A DNA stretch of 64,000 nt from Octopus sinensis. Its lineage: Eukaryota. The stretch lies in NCBI RefSeq assembly GCF_006345805.1, contig NC_043013.1:57350001-57414000 (forward strand). Reading direction: 5' to 3'. A program made the position numbers and the translations under genes. Shown here one piece after another: positions 37,571 to 51,772 of this stretch. The notes beneath the pieces were generated by a model. That model was not told where the DNA came from. It did no database searches and saw nothing but the letters and a program-made list of their open reading frames with translations. Position 1 is the first letter of the stretch. Each line of letters begins with the position of its first letter.

Positions 37571-38575
37571 ATATAATGTTTCACTTTGTGCGATAATTTA
37601 ATCTACATTTTACACTTAAATGTATATATTAAATCTCCAATAATTTTCTGGAAATGTAGAAGTTGTAAATCTGTTTATGCATTATGTGTGTGTGTCTGTT
37701 TCTATGTGAGCATGAATGAATGAAAGAGAGAATGAGATAAATAGAGTAAGAAAGTGGGAGATGAATTATAGTAAATAAACCCAGCTATATAATCTGTTCT
37801 CCACCCATGCCTATTCACAATTATTTGAAACATCAAATCCAGGCTGAAATGAAACATCAGATATAAAATATTCAAAGTATACACGAAGGGCTATTTTCAC
37901 AAGCATAAACTTGTAGCTGAAGAGGATTCTGATATTTTTATATTCCTCATATTGACCACAGATTTATTTTCTATCTATCAATGACACCGCTTGTACAGTT
38001 TTGAGAATACGAAAAGATGAACGTGATAAATGCGATGTTGTTTGGAAATGGACAGGGAAGGTTTATCTCTTGATTTAAAACTGTGCTGAGATAAAGTAGA
38101 GGTTATATTAATGGTACTTAAATGCCTTGTACGATTAATCCAGGCAACATGCATCTGGTGGAATTACAGCATACTGAAATTGATAAGGAAGTTGGCAGTA
38201 AAATTACATCATCGATATTTACCACATTAAAACTTTGTTTCTGTGAACTGTTTTAAAATTTCACCCCATCCCTTACTATATAGATTGAAACATTTAGTTA
38301 TTGTATATAAATATATGTTTAGATTGGTACTTTCATGGTTTAACTAGAAGAGGAAGGGCTCTTCCTCTTTTATAAGGTCTTTGAGACTTGTGGTTTGGAA
38401 GAGGTAAGTTATTCTCAGATCAAATATCTGGTCTAATAGTTTGAGCAGAGTGGACCCTGAAAAAGTCACATGAGGACCAGGAGATGAGGTTAAAGCTGTA
38501 ATATCTGACAATACATTAAATCTACCACCAGGAAAATTCAATGATTTTTTTCTGGTTGTCTATCGTACAATTTCT

Positions 38576-38982
38576 TATTTCTTATTGCCCACAAGGGGCT
38601 AAACATAGAGGGGAGAAACAGAGGGATTAAGCCGATTACATCGACCCCAGTGCGTAACTGGTACTTAATTTATCGACCTCGAAGAAAGGATGAAAGGCAA
38701 AGTCGACCTCGGCGAGATTTGAACTCAGAATGTAAAGACAGACGAAATGCCTATTTCTTTACTGTCCACAAGGGGCTACAGATAGAGGGGACAAACAAGA
38801 ACAGACAAACGGATTAAGTCGATTAGATCGACTCCAGTGCGTAACTGGTATTTATTTAATCGACCCCGAAAGGATGAAAGGCAAAGTCGACCTCGGCGGA
38901 ATTTGAACTCAGAACGTAACGGCAGACGAAATACGGCTACGCATTTCGCCCGGCGTGCTAACATTTCTGCCAGCTCGTCGCC
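38576..38982 (-). mobile_element. Partial-tandem (dimeric) SINE family B with ~20-bp flanking duplication
   Basis: Full copy 38752-38982 followed by a head-truncated copy 38576-38751. ttgtctatc(g/a)tacaatttct lies at 38556-38575 and 38992-39011. Confidence 0.88.
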
Positions 38983-39603
38983 TTCATACAATTGTCTATC
39001 ATACAATTTCTGTCTACTAAATTTCCTTTAGAAAGCTTTTGTTGACCCAAGATGATGACAGACGATGTTTCTATACAACATCACAATGTAAATTTGAACC
39101 TAAAACTTCACAATTGCAACGATTCCATGCATGCTCCCATGATGTCCATCACACAGTCTGTACCTTAGCCATCACGCAGCCATGTTTGTATCCATTTTTT
39201 CCACATTTCAAGCTCTTGAAATAAATCTGAAGGATACAAAGCATTTTGTTGAGATTTATAACTCATCAAATTCCCCAAATTCCATTATTAAAATCTAACA
39301 GACATGTATCTGAGAAAACTCCATCCAACCAGCTGAAGTACTTTTTTTCATCCCCCAGGTCACATTTGATCCAGAGAGGTGTCTAAATTTAAGGCATTTA
39401 CGTAGTGGTGGAAGACCGAGCCAGTATGAATACATTGTGGATCATGTGTAAATAGAGGTTGAATGTCGGCTCCTTTTTTAGTGACACAAATAATGGCAAG
39501 ATTCATTATTTAAACAACATTGTGTAATCACAAAAACATTGTTTCTGTTATCGACAAAAGATCATTGTCATTCTATAAATAATCACTGATTATTTAAAAT
39601 CTG

Positions 39604-39797
39604 GATAGAGAAAATCCCATCTTTAATTGTTGAATTCCCAATACAATGCCAATGTTCATTTCTGTTGTATCGACATATCTAGATACAAAAAAATTGCCTT
39701 CAAATTAATAAATCTAAGTATGTCGATACAACTGAAACGATCGTCAGCGGCATTGTATAGTGAAGTCAACAATTAAAGACGTGATTTCTTGTATCCA
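39604..39797. repeat. Old imperfect inverted repeat (~85-bp arms)
   Basis: tctttaattgttga..atacaatgcc..gttgtatcgacata pairs with tatgtcgatacaac..ggcattgtat..tcaacaattaaaga. Confidence 0.75.
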
Positions 39798-40789
39798 TAT
39801 TTTTTCTGTCTAATATCACTGAATTTCTTGAAATTCTTGTAAATGATATTTGGATCTTCTTGTCGTACATGAGGAATTATTTTGGATGGGTATTCTACAA
39901 GCATTTATTGATGTCTGATTGTTTAGTACAGTTAACTGAATTCGTTTAAAACTGAGAACTGAGTGCTTTTTTGATGAAAGCTGTCTGGACTTTTAACCTT
40001 CTTCTTCTTCGTTATATATATATATATATATATAAGTAAACACATTTCTATTCTTTCTCTCTTCCTTCTTCCTTTCCTTCTCTTTTCCATTGACACTTCT
40101 TTCAGATACAAAACACACTCACACTTTCTCCCCACACTTCTTCAACATCACAAGCATCCTTGATACAGTTCATCCTTACTTACCCGGAGCTGGCAACTGC
40201 TGAGGTCATTTCTGTGAGCGACCGGACATGCGGAAAACTGACTTCTATTGTTGCTATTCTATCAAAATACTTCATCTCATTTGGTCAATGAAAAGTCGGA
40301 TATACCACGCTAGATCAAGTTGGCCAATACTCAATACGTGAGATATATTGGTTCGTGTTGTCCGTACAGCTGGTTACGCAAAATCCTATGCAACCTGGCA
40401 CCAGCAAATCGGTTACCTCCTCATGTGATAACTATTGCTGCTAAAGCATCACCCTCTACAGAACGCTTTCCAACCGCCAATAAAAGATCTGATGTCGCTA
40501 ATATGCTACAGCCTGCAGAATGCCACCTAACCGATAGCAATATTCTTTCTAACATACGTTGAGAGGGTGGAGGGGCTTTTAATGAAGGAACTGATACCAC
40601 TGAGACAGCTTATAGAACATCTTGGCTATCTTAGATCTGAACAAAATAACAGAACCCAAAATATTCCAATCTAAAGACATTTTAAAATAATTCTCTCAAG
40701 CGTTTTTCAATCTGGCTTCAAACATTTCATGATGATACTCACAAAACTTTAATATGGGTGCGAGTCAATTGCATCGATCGATCAATCAA

Positions 40790-41153
<364 letters not shown>

Positions 41154-42536
41154 CAAACACGTAAATGGATACATATTTCTATGGACATACAAATGTATAC
41201 ACACACGCACGCACACACATATACATACACACACGTTAGGTTTCCACCCAGATTATGTCTTGTAATGGTCCCCCACAATGTTGCAATAATAAATGACACA
41301 GGAAAATCATTATTTGGACGATAAGTTGCAAAAGAAAAACTGAAAAAAATGAAAAACCACTAAAAAGAAGGAATCTGCAACTTCTATTTATTCAAGAATA
41401 ATTCTCTGTGGACTCTCGTTAGAGAAATGTTGAGGCTTTTCAAACCAATAAAATTCATGTTTGTCTTAATTTCAATTATGTGAGAACAGCTATTATTTAC
41501 TGAGGTCTTTGTTGCGAAAATGTTTCTATATTATTATAATAGTAAATATTAATTGGACTGTTAACGTAATGTGGAATGTATTTTTTTATTTACACTATGT
41601 TTTAGCAAAAACGTTGTTTAAATATAAATCTAAAAGTTGGGGTTAATGGACCAAACTATTATTATCACACCGTTTTAGTTTACTAACGTTATAGCTAAAA
41701 ATAATTATTGCTAAACAAAAATGAAATTTATAGACTCCTATTATATCATAAGATCACCTGAATGGCACTTTGAAAGAGTAATATTTTCAATAATTGGCAT
41801 CATTTATGCGATTTTCAGCTGCTGATCATAATGTTTGAAAAATCCATTTAATAACGATACATGGGCATTTTTTTTCATTAATTCTTTCAATAGAACTGGA
41901 GACAAACGTCTATAAAAATTGAACATTTATTGGAAATTTGTTGATCACAAAAGTTAAAATGATAAAGGAAAGAAATATTGAAGACACTGAAGACTAAAAT
42001 TTTTATTAAGAAGGCAAAAAATACTATCTAAATGATAAAATTATCGAACAAAGAAATAGAGAAAGGTGATTGGCTGGAAAACACTGAACTCTGTTCAGTG
42101 GAGCTTCTTTAATATTTCTAATTTATTTGAGTTGTCTTTATGGTTATTGATATCACTTATCAATCCCTATTGTATAATCATGGCTTATCTTCAAGAATTG
42201 TCGTGGTTTGATCACGCTTACATTTTCCGCATAAATAATAATCGTTAGTGTCTCTCAATAAGCTGTGCTGGTGTTGTTGGTGGTGTTGGTGGTGGCTAGT
42301 AAGAAAATCCTGACTGTAGCTTTAATGAAAGTCGAAACTAATTGATTGGTTGACTCCATCTCCCTCCTCCTTGGCAGCTAAGAAATCTATGGTTATTTAC
42401 GGAGCCTAGAATTTATTGTAAGTTTTTTAAAAATGTTTATTAAACATCACAGCTTTTTTTAAATTTTAAACAAAGCCTAGCTCTAATTCTTCACTGTGAT
42501 TCTCACGTTCCATGAAGGGAAATTAGTGTGAAAAAA

Positions 42537-42694
42537 GGCGCAGGTTTGGCTGTGTGGTAAGTAGCTTGCTTATCAACCACATGGTCTCGGGTTCAGTCAC
42601 ACTGCGTGGCAACTTGGGCAAGTGTCTTCTACTATAGTCTCGGGCCGACCAAAGCCTTGAGTGGATTTGGTAGACAGAAACTGGAAGAAGCTCG

Positions 42695-42751
<57 letters not shown>

Positions 42752-42991
42752 TGTGTGTGTGTGTGTGCGTGCGTGTGTGTGTGTGTATGTTTGTGTGTAT
42801 GTTTGTCCCCCCCAGCATCGCTTGACAACCGATGCTGGTGTGGTTACGTCCCCGTAACTTAGCGGTTCGGCAAAAGAGACAGATCGAATCAATACTAGGC
42901 TTACCAAGAACAAGCTCTTGGTCGATTTACTCGACTATAAAGGCGGTGCTCCAGCATGGCCGCAGTCAAATGACTGAAACAAGTAAAAGAG
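42537..42991 (+). mobile_element. tRNA-derived SINE family A, full length
   Basis: ggcgcaggtttggctgtgtggtaagtagcttgc head, expanded internal (TG)n and gtaaaagag tail. Confidence 0.92.
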
Positions 42992-43602
42992 ACTATGGTT
43001 TGTGTAGAATATACCAAACATATTTTCTTTAGCATATTGTTTAGGTTTTTCACCCAAGTATTGCCCTTGTTCATGTTTGCAGTATTTCTTTTCTAGTTAT
43101 TCCATGCATGGAACTTGCTTAGAGAACTTAACATATTTTTCTCTCCGCGTAACTTGGGGATATTTTTGTTTATACTTATTCTGATAATGATTTTCGTTAG
43201 TGAATGATATAAAAATTACATTTATGCATTCATTTAGATAACTTTTCTCTTCTTTTCTTGGTTTTTAAACTTAGAGTCCTTAATCTTCGTATGCAACAAT
43301 CTCACCCTCGCAAGACACATTTAGTCCGAATCAGTTACAATCTTTTGAATTTTACATTAAATTAAATTACTATTAACTTCACAGGAGAAGAAAGGATATG
43401 GAAATGTATAAGGGCAAAAGGATTATTGTTCACTGTTCATTAATCGTGGTTATAACAGCAGCAGCTGCATCTCCCTCACGATCTCTTTGGAAGAAACTAT
43501 CTATATCATTTCTGGAGAGAGATAGGCTCCACCAAGCACCAAAGCATGGTGTCTCCTGTACAAACCCATCAGGATTTGAAGCTTCGACAGTCTCATATAT
43601 AT

Positions 43603-43671
<69 letters not shown>

Positions 43672-43700
43672 ATATATATGATATATATATATATACATAT

Positions 43701-43739
<39 letters not shown>

Positions 43740-44679
43740 CACACACACAGACATACAGGCACACACACATACACACGCTCACATGTGTGTGTGCATGCGT
43801 ACGTATTAAATTTTATATCAATATAAACTTGTGGAGAGTGATTTACCTTGATGCAATCATAGTTTATTTAAAATTGAATATCATTTTTGTTACTTATTCG
43901 AAATAAATGTGACTTTGAAGAATAAATATTCTCCTTTTGAATAAATATTCCATGGAGATCCTTGTAGAGAATTCGTTTGTCGGAAATCACTCCAGTTCAT
44001 TAATGGAAGAGAATTCTTCAGCCCTCTTACTGCCACTTATAAATGCTCTGACAGCAGCAAAAATTTACCTGCAAGAGAAAACATTAATTCCGTTACCTAT
44101 GACAGTTTTGCTTTCAACGTCGCTATTCAAATTATTTCGAAATAAATAAAGAATATTTAAGCCTTGATGCTTCGTTCTCTTTGCATTTTGCATCGATGAA
44201 ACATTTTGACACGTGCTGTCATCGTTAAATACACGAGGTGGTTTTATTATAGCAGTTATGACAACGGTGATGACATTGCTGATATGCACGGCCAGAAAAA
44301 AATCGTAACATTCCCATAAAATTTTAAGCAGATTTAGTGCCAGATTTAAATTGTAAATTTTTGGAAATATGGACTGTTTCTCCGGAATTTATTGATGGAA
44401 TTATATTCAAAGGGAATAATTCTTCCGTACTGACACTGCAAAATCCCTGCATTTCTATATCATTTACAGATATGTCACAACTATTCCATTCTATTCCTAA
44501 TTGGATACCATATTCTCACACATGAACATTGCTTGGAATAGACATTTCACACTTTCTAAGAATGTTCTTTCCAAACCATAATATTTAACTTATTTAATCT
44601 CGAGATGACAACCTTACAGTAACTGTTGTCACGCCAGGAAGTAAAATATTGTAACGCAAGCTAACAAAAGTTCTATGAT

Positions 44680-44960
44680 GGATGGTTTTAAGCACAAAGA
44701 AATGGCAGCAAAGTCTCTCCCAAAAACTTTTCTGTGGCAACAAACAAAATATGTATTGGATAATACAACCTCAATTATATCATGCTCGAATAACATATGC
44801 GATGGTCATGAGTGGAACGACTTTGACCACATATGTGATTCGGCGAAACAAACATGCAAAATGGTCATAGCTTGATCATATTAGAATATAGATCGATTAA
44901 ACTGGAATGACATGGAGCTACAGAAATAAAAACAATAGAAGGGCAACAGAAAGCATACAA
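44680..44960 (+). pseudogene. Highly decayed RTE-like reverse transcriptase C-terminal relic
   Basis: KKWQQ..KLFC..KQNMYW.IQP...TY...T.TT....R.KHAKWS*LDHIR resembles the RTE W.KW...LCD...K..Y...VRP..Y...LD.IRN region. Weak similarity. Confidence 0.3.
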
Positions 44961-45031
44961 TATGAATGATAAATATTAAGTATGTGCCATATTTTGTTGA
45001 TAGTGTATCATTAGTGTGTTCGAATGCTCAG

Positions 45032-45644
45032 TATTAGCAGCTCCAACTATATAAATATAAAGATACGTAGAGATACACTATATAAAGCATGTGTGATATA
45101 TTTATGTATATATGTATGGATGTATGGATGTATTTATTAGCAGCTCCAACTATATAAATATAAAGATACGTAGAGATACACTATATAAAGCATGTGTGAT
45201 ATATTTATGTATATATGTATGGATGTATGGATGTATTTATTAGCAGCTCCAACTATATAAATATAAAGATACGTAGAGATCCACTATATAAAGCATGTGT
45301 GATATATTTATGTATATATGTATGGATGTATGGATGTATTTATTAGCAGCTCCAACTATATAAATATAAAGATACGTAGAGATCCACTATATAAAGCATG
45401 TGTGATATATTTATGTATATATGTATGGATGTATGGATGTATTTATTAGCAGCTCCAACTATATAAATATAAAGATACGTAGAGATACACTATATAAAGC
45501 ATGTGTGATATATTTATGTATATATGTATGGATGTATTTATTAGCAGCTCCAACTATATAAATATAAAGATACGTAGAGATACACTATATAAAGCATGTG
45601 TGATATATTTATGTATATATGTATGGATGTATGGATGTATTTAT
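45032..45644 (+). repeat. Minisatellite: six units of 103 bp (one of 95 bp)
   Basis: tattagcagctcc starts at 45032, 45135, 45238, 45341, 45444 and 45539. Confidence 0.97.
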
Positions 45645-46596
45645 GTACAAGAAATTTATAAACCGGGGTTCAAATCATTAAATAAAGACAATTATCGTAG
45701 CCATAACATTTTAAAATTTTGTTAGTAAATTATGAAGTAAAGATCTAATGGAATTTTGACATAGAGACTGACCAGCATGTATCAAGTAAGAATCGGTGAC
45801 AATCATGAATTGATAATCGGTAGAGCAATATCTGACAACAATAAGATTGGCAGAAATAACATGTAAAAGTCAGGCATTAAACTAATTTAGGTACTGAATT
45901 AAAGATGGCATAGGATACAAGAAATATTTCTATCATCCAATTACGGTCGGTACAACTGGAATGAGAGACAACCATTTATACGAAGACATCAACAAGTTAA
46001 ATATCACAATCGACATTTTCTACCAGCATTCCTGAAACGTGATATCAACAATATCTTCCAATAAAAACTGAGACGAACGTGAGAATTATTCACGGTTCAA
46101 ACAACATATTGAAGAACGCCAATAAAATGCAACATATGTATGAATGGAAATATGATTCATATAACAATATACTAACCAACAGTATTACTAACAATTACAA
46201 CAAAACACTTCTAATAATATATTATATCCCATTAACTGTAACACGAAGACATGGCTGCCAATCGAAATGTCGATGATGGAGAAAAATTATGAGACTTTAA
46301 AACGCACCTCACTCTTAAGAACCACGCAATAAACTTAATGAACGCAACAGCCTCATTCATTAATTTTATGAAAAGGGAATTAAGAAATATTAACAAACAC
46401 GTTCATGAATAAATCGACAAAATCCAAAACGATAACGTTGAAATACTAAAATACCAGTTATAAACGGCACCTTTCCCTAACCGAACCTCCGTTGTTAAAC
46501 TATTCAAGACTTTCTAAGCAACCTTCCCATTAGAAGAAATGGCATATGACTAAATCTCAACACATGGCACTTTGTGATTCTATCCGATGAATAATC

Positions 46597-46808
46597 CTTT
46601 CTACTATAAGCACAAGGCTTGACATTTCGGGGTATGGGACTAGTCGATTATATTGACCACAGTGTTTCAGTGGTACTTGATTTATCGACCGCGAAAGGAC
46701 GAAAAGCAAAGTCGACCTCGGCGGAATTTGAACTCGGAACGTAGCGATGGGAGAAAAACCGCTTAGCATTTCATCCAGCGTGCTAACGATTCAACCAGCT
46801 CGCCGCCT
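46597..46808 (-). mobile_element. SINE family B variant
   Basis: aaagtcgacctcggcggaatttgaactc core and ggcggcgagctgg head on the minus strand. Confidence 0.85.
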
Positions 46809-47164
46809 TTGTATGCGATGAATAATAAAATACGGCTGAGAAAGTAAATTAAGGAAATTTTCTGTTTGTATAATAGTAAAGGACTCTAACTATCTTTAAA
46901 ATTCAGTTAAGGTTGTGTATCTGAAATCCTAACTGTTATAATTAATTTTATTCAAGGTGACTTTTAGAGAGATTATGGCGTGTTAATTCTCAAAAATCTC
47001 ACCAGGCACTACGAAGATAAACTCAGAGAATATCTAATTAAGTCATTTAAAGAATATATACTTGTAAATGTGTATGGGTATGACAAATACAGTATGTGAG
47101 ATATAACTCAGACAACGAGGTTTAAGATATATATATATATATGTGTGTGTATAACTCTTATATA

Positions 47165-47208
<44 letters not shown>

Positions 47209-47335
47209 TATATATGAATATATCTATTGACATATTTTTATACACAAATGCATGCGCGTGCACACACACACACGTATATATACATACATATGTATATATA
47301 TATATATGTACATACATATATGTATGTATATATAA

Positions 47336-47377
<42 letters not shown>

Positions 47378-50300
47378 GCACTCAAAGGTACACACACGAA
47401 CACACTCATATGCCTACATCATCATAAATATATATCTATGCATGAAGCCAGACATGCACACATTATTGATCAAAATTTAAAGAAGATAATGAAGATAAAC
47501 TTGACAAAATGTTTCTCTTTGAAAAGCGTAAATTGCATTCATTTCCAACATTTTGATAAGTACCATTTTTCTACTCTTCAGATTCAATTGAGAGAGTTTA
47601 GTAATCTTATATTCTTCCTTTTTAACTTCCTTCTTTCATTTTGCTAGATTGTTAAGGCTTCTGCTTATCAATGTTGGATGGACAAAGCACAAAGATAAAC
47701 TTAGCAGAGTCGTCTTTCAGAAATGTTTTGTTGATAAGTGTGAAGAAACGTCGGCTTATTCCGATGAGACTTCTGATTGACAAATGCTTCAGAAATGAAT
47801 GCATTTGGATTTAATTCTACCGTTTTCTTAACATTTGGTTTAATGTAGATCCTATTGTTTATATTAAATTAACCGTTTATTTGGTTGGAGCTGAAAATAC
47901 GAGCTACTATAAGACATTTATATAAGGTAAAATTTCTTGGCAACAGTTACCTTGTATATAAACAATGAAAAAAAAAGAAAAAGGAATACATTCCATGGAA
48001 TTCCTTTAAAATATATTTATTTCTCATCTAAAATTAAATGTCTCGCTTTATAAAATGTTTAAACAAATAAAGCACAGGTTATATCATGCCGACGATTTCT
48101 AAAGAAAATGAAACATCTCTATGATCACCACCAGTTAGAAGCTTTTGAACTTCCTAATAACCAACCAAATATAAATGAATGTATGCATTGCAAGCAGTTT
48201 TCTATTGTCTAAGTTACCAATAAGAAGAGAGTCTCTACGTGGTCTCTCGATATATTAAAAACAGCAACCAAATATCTATTAAATTACTTCCCACCGCCAA
48301 AAATATTAAATATCAAACAAAACGATCATGGGATGTCACTGTAGAAAGGGAATGATCAAAGGTGTGCCGAATGAAGGGCAGCCTTGGGCTACATAACAAC
48401 ATAGATTCCAGGACCAATAATTAAAATACAGGCCAAACACCTTCTCGGAATTGGTATTGCTGTGATCGTGTCATAAAATACCAATTCCACAATGTCTGTG
48501 TTGTCATGAAGAATAAGGGACTTCACAGACATACATTGAAGCATCAGAGAGTTTGAATGAGGAAGAACCTCTAACAGAAGAATTCTCAAATGATCCCACG
48601 CGCGCGCGAGTCTAGAATTAGCGGCGGTAGTGACTGTGGTGATGATGATGACGATGGGAAAGCTTCCTTGCGTATCCTTGTTTTATTCACACTTTTCTAG
48701 TTTCGAACCGAAGTGAAAGAAATATCAATCAAACATTTCGTCTAAAAAACACACAAACATAGGAATCTCTGGGACTGAATGGTAAAAGCACCCAGAAAGT
48801 GGTAAGAACCTAAAATATCATGCTAGTGATTCGCACAAAGAATATCTATCCTGGCATTACAACACAAGAAATAAAAAACAACAACAAAAAACACAGAATT
48901 GGCAATTGAAGATCTTTGTATGAAAACAAATCAATATTGAGCGATGTCCCAGTTCTAAGACCAATATTTTGGTTACATGTTTCGCTGTTTTGATTAGATC
49001 GGTGCCAAAATATAGAAAACACGGAAATTAATATCTGTCAGCAAAATCTTCCATATCAACTGCAATATTAACTGATTCCATGAAAACAAAGTAGTACTGG
49101 CGCTACATGCGATCATAAGGCCTCTTAAAATTAGCTGCTAAACCTCCTTCCATTCACCCCTACAAACGTAAATAAGGGAAGGCTGTACGGGATGTGGTTG
49201 TAGATAAACCAGGTGGGTGGGTCAGAGCTGGATTGTATTTGATTTTGTTCTGCTTGATGTAGGCTAAATAACAAGGGAGCAGTGACAATAACAGAACCAC
49301 CGTGGTTGCTTAAACCTTCTAGAAACAGTAGTTAAATTACCCTCAAATCACTCAATAATGTATATCTGTCAATTTCGATGGTGAGTGCTTGGTTGTTTGA
49401 TGGAGTGAATTACTGACTGAATTAGTGTGAAAGTGACTGAATATTGTATAGCTATGTGTGCCCTAGCTGATATCATCTTTAGTATGAGTCATCATGACCC
49501 TGTGTGTGACCAGGCTGGAGTTCTAGAAGTATATGCGTAATCCATGCTAACTGGATTCTATCTATCCAGATTTATTCACAAGGTTCCTGTCAGCTAAAAG
49601 CCATAGTCAAAGACACTTAGCAGTGATGCTATGCAACACAAATCTATTTGACTGGGAATCAAATCACTTACCGATTCCACTGCAATCAGGAAATCAAGAA
49701 AGGATAATTCTTTTGTCAAGTTTGATGATAGCGTAGCAACTGGCAAATAAATAAATAAATAAATAAAGGAAGGACAGAGCGAAGAAAGAAAGAAAAAAGA
49801 ATACAGAAATGTCTAAATTTCTGAAGTGTGTCTATTGGTGATTGATGAAAATGATGCATCAACTACACGGTAACTTAGGGGCCGCATCTGTGCAGGTGAG
49901 TAGAATATCACAACTGCTTCCGCCTATATTACACGTTGTTTGCAACTGGTGTATGGAATTGGTGGTATTTCATTTTTGCAAGGGTGAGATACCTCGACTT
50001 CTGCTACCAAAGACTGCCGTCTGGTGGTTCTAGTAAGTTTCATACATCAGTAATCAATGAGGCCCTCCGAGGTTGATTATGCTGCATTTCAACAAGTCAC
50101 GTGATGGAGGACGGGGAACTGCGACTGCACCAATCCCTTATATCACATTATCTGCGCCCCTAAAACTAACACTGTGGGGTATTTAATTGCTTTAAATGTA
50201 CAAAAAAGCCAAGAAGACATATTGCCGGAATCTGTCCTCCATGTGCCACGCACTGTTACTTGCTAGACACAGATGCTAGACTAGTGCAAGGTATTTTAAA

Positions 50301-51554
50301 GGTGGTAATGTACCTGCTCATTGGGTCTACTCTCACATTCTTACAAGAGGCAAGATAAAGTCAACATAAGGTAGCATGAAACTTCAGGAAATTGCCGAAG
50401 TTGTTGAAGCGATCTCCAGACGTCACAGCACCATCAGACGTGGTGTATGTCCTGGGCATGGTGCATTATACTAGATGTTTATCTCACATCATGGCTTCTC
50501 TCCAACCATGATGTTATGTTGCGGTCTCCACCAGTTGCATCCAATGGCATGCTGCCATCAACTTCAAAACTGTGAATACGAAGTTTACTTATGTCTTCCA
50601 TACTTCATCTCAATGAAATGAGAACATATTTAATGTGCGTATGTACACTTTGTTAGATGGCCATTGACCCCGCTGAGTTCATTCAGCCTTTGACAGTTCT
50701 TGTTTTTCGTCTTGTCGAGTGATTCAAATTCGCCTCGTCACCAAGACAGCTTGATGGAATTGCCAGTTTAGTCCCCAGACACCCGACCATAAAGCAAGTT
50801 ATACTGGGATGTACATTAACTGTAGTGTTATCAAGAGATAAGATATAATACTAACTCATACTGTTACAAAGAAAAAGCATATTGAATAAAATAGACTTAG
50901 ATGCACACAGTACTTAAAAGAAATATAAACATACGATGATTTCAGACTAAAAGTATTTCATTATAGATTTCCTATATCAAGACTGGTCCGTAGTTCAACA
51001 GCAATAATGAAAACAACTGTTTTTGTCATCAGAAAGGAGTTTTCGTTACTATGCCGCCCATTTCATATAGCAACAAAATCGGGTTTTCAATCACTTAAGG
51101 GAAGGCCGTATAAGATCACGTGGTTTAAAATGACAAGACAGCCATGATTGGACTGCTGTGCAGCGCAAGTTTACTCAGTCAGGGCTAAGCTATGGCTAAA
51201 CATAACCACCACCACCACCGCCACCACCGCCACCACCACCAGCAGCAGCAGCACCACCACCACCACCACGAAAGCCATAAGATCAACAACAACGACGACG
51301 ACGGTAAAAAGAATCAAAAGATGGTTAACAAGGCATTAGATATTAAAACATTCGGAAGATTTTTTTAATGTTTCCTCATGGAACATATCTTCATGGTAAC
51401 TGTCTCAGTAGATGTTTTCAAATATCCTCTGAGTATTGCTCTGAGTATTCACTGTTCATAGACTCCGAGTACAGCTTTATAGACGGTTACCATAGACAAC
51501 GGATCACTGAAAATACATTCCGAATACAGCTTCTTAAACCAGACATGAGAGAAT

Positions 51555-51772
51555 TGGTCTCAAATTATGGCAGAAGGGCAGCAGTTTTTTTTGGAAGGTG
51601 GGTAAGTCGATTATATCGACCCCAGTGTTCAAGTGGGGTACTTATTTTATCGATTCTGAAAGGCTAGAAGACAAAGTCAGTCCCGCTCGAATTTGAACTC
51701 AGAACGTAAAGACGGACGAAATGCCACTAAGCATTTTGCCCAACAAGCTAACAATTCCACTTGCTCACCACT
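51555..51772 (-). mobile_element. SINE family B variant, diverged
   Basis: gtcgattatatcgaccccag...gtacttattttatcg...gaatttgaactcagaacgtaaag. Confidence 0.75.

Noticed and set aside
47745-47775. Permuted hammerhead (GAAACGUC..CCGAUGA)
   Set aside because: Stems I and II cannot form; it is explained as a simple ucgg/ccga hairpin.
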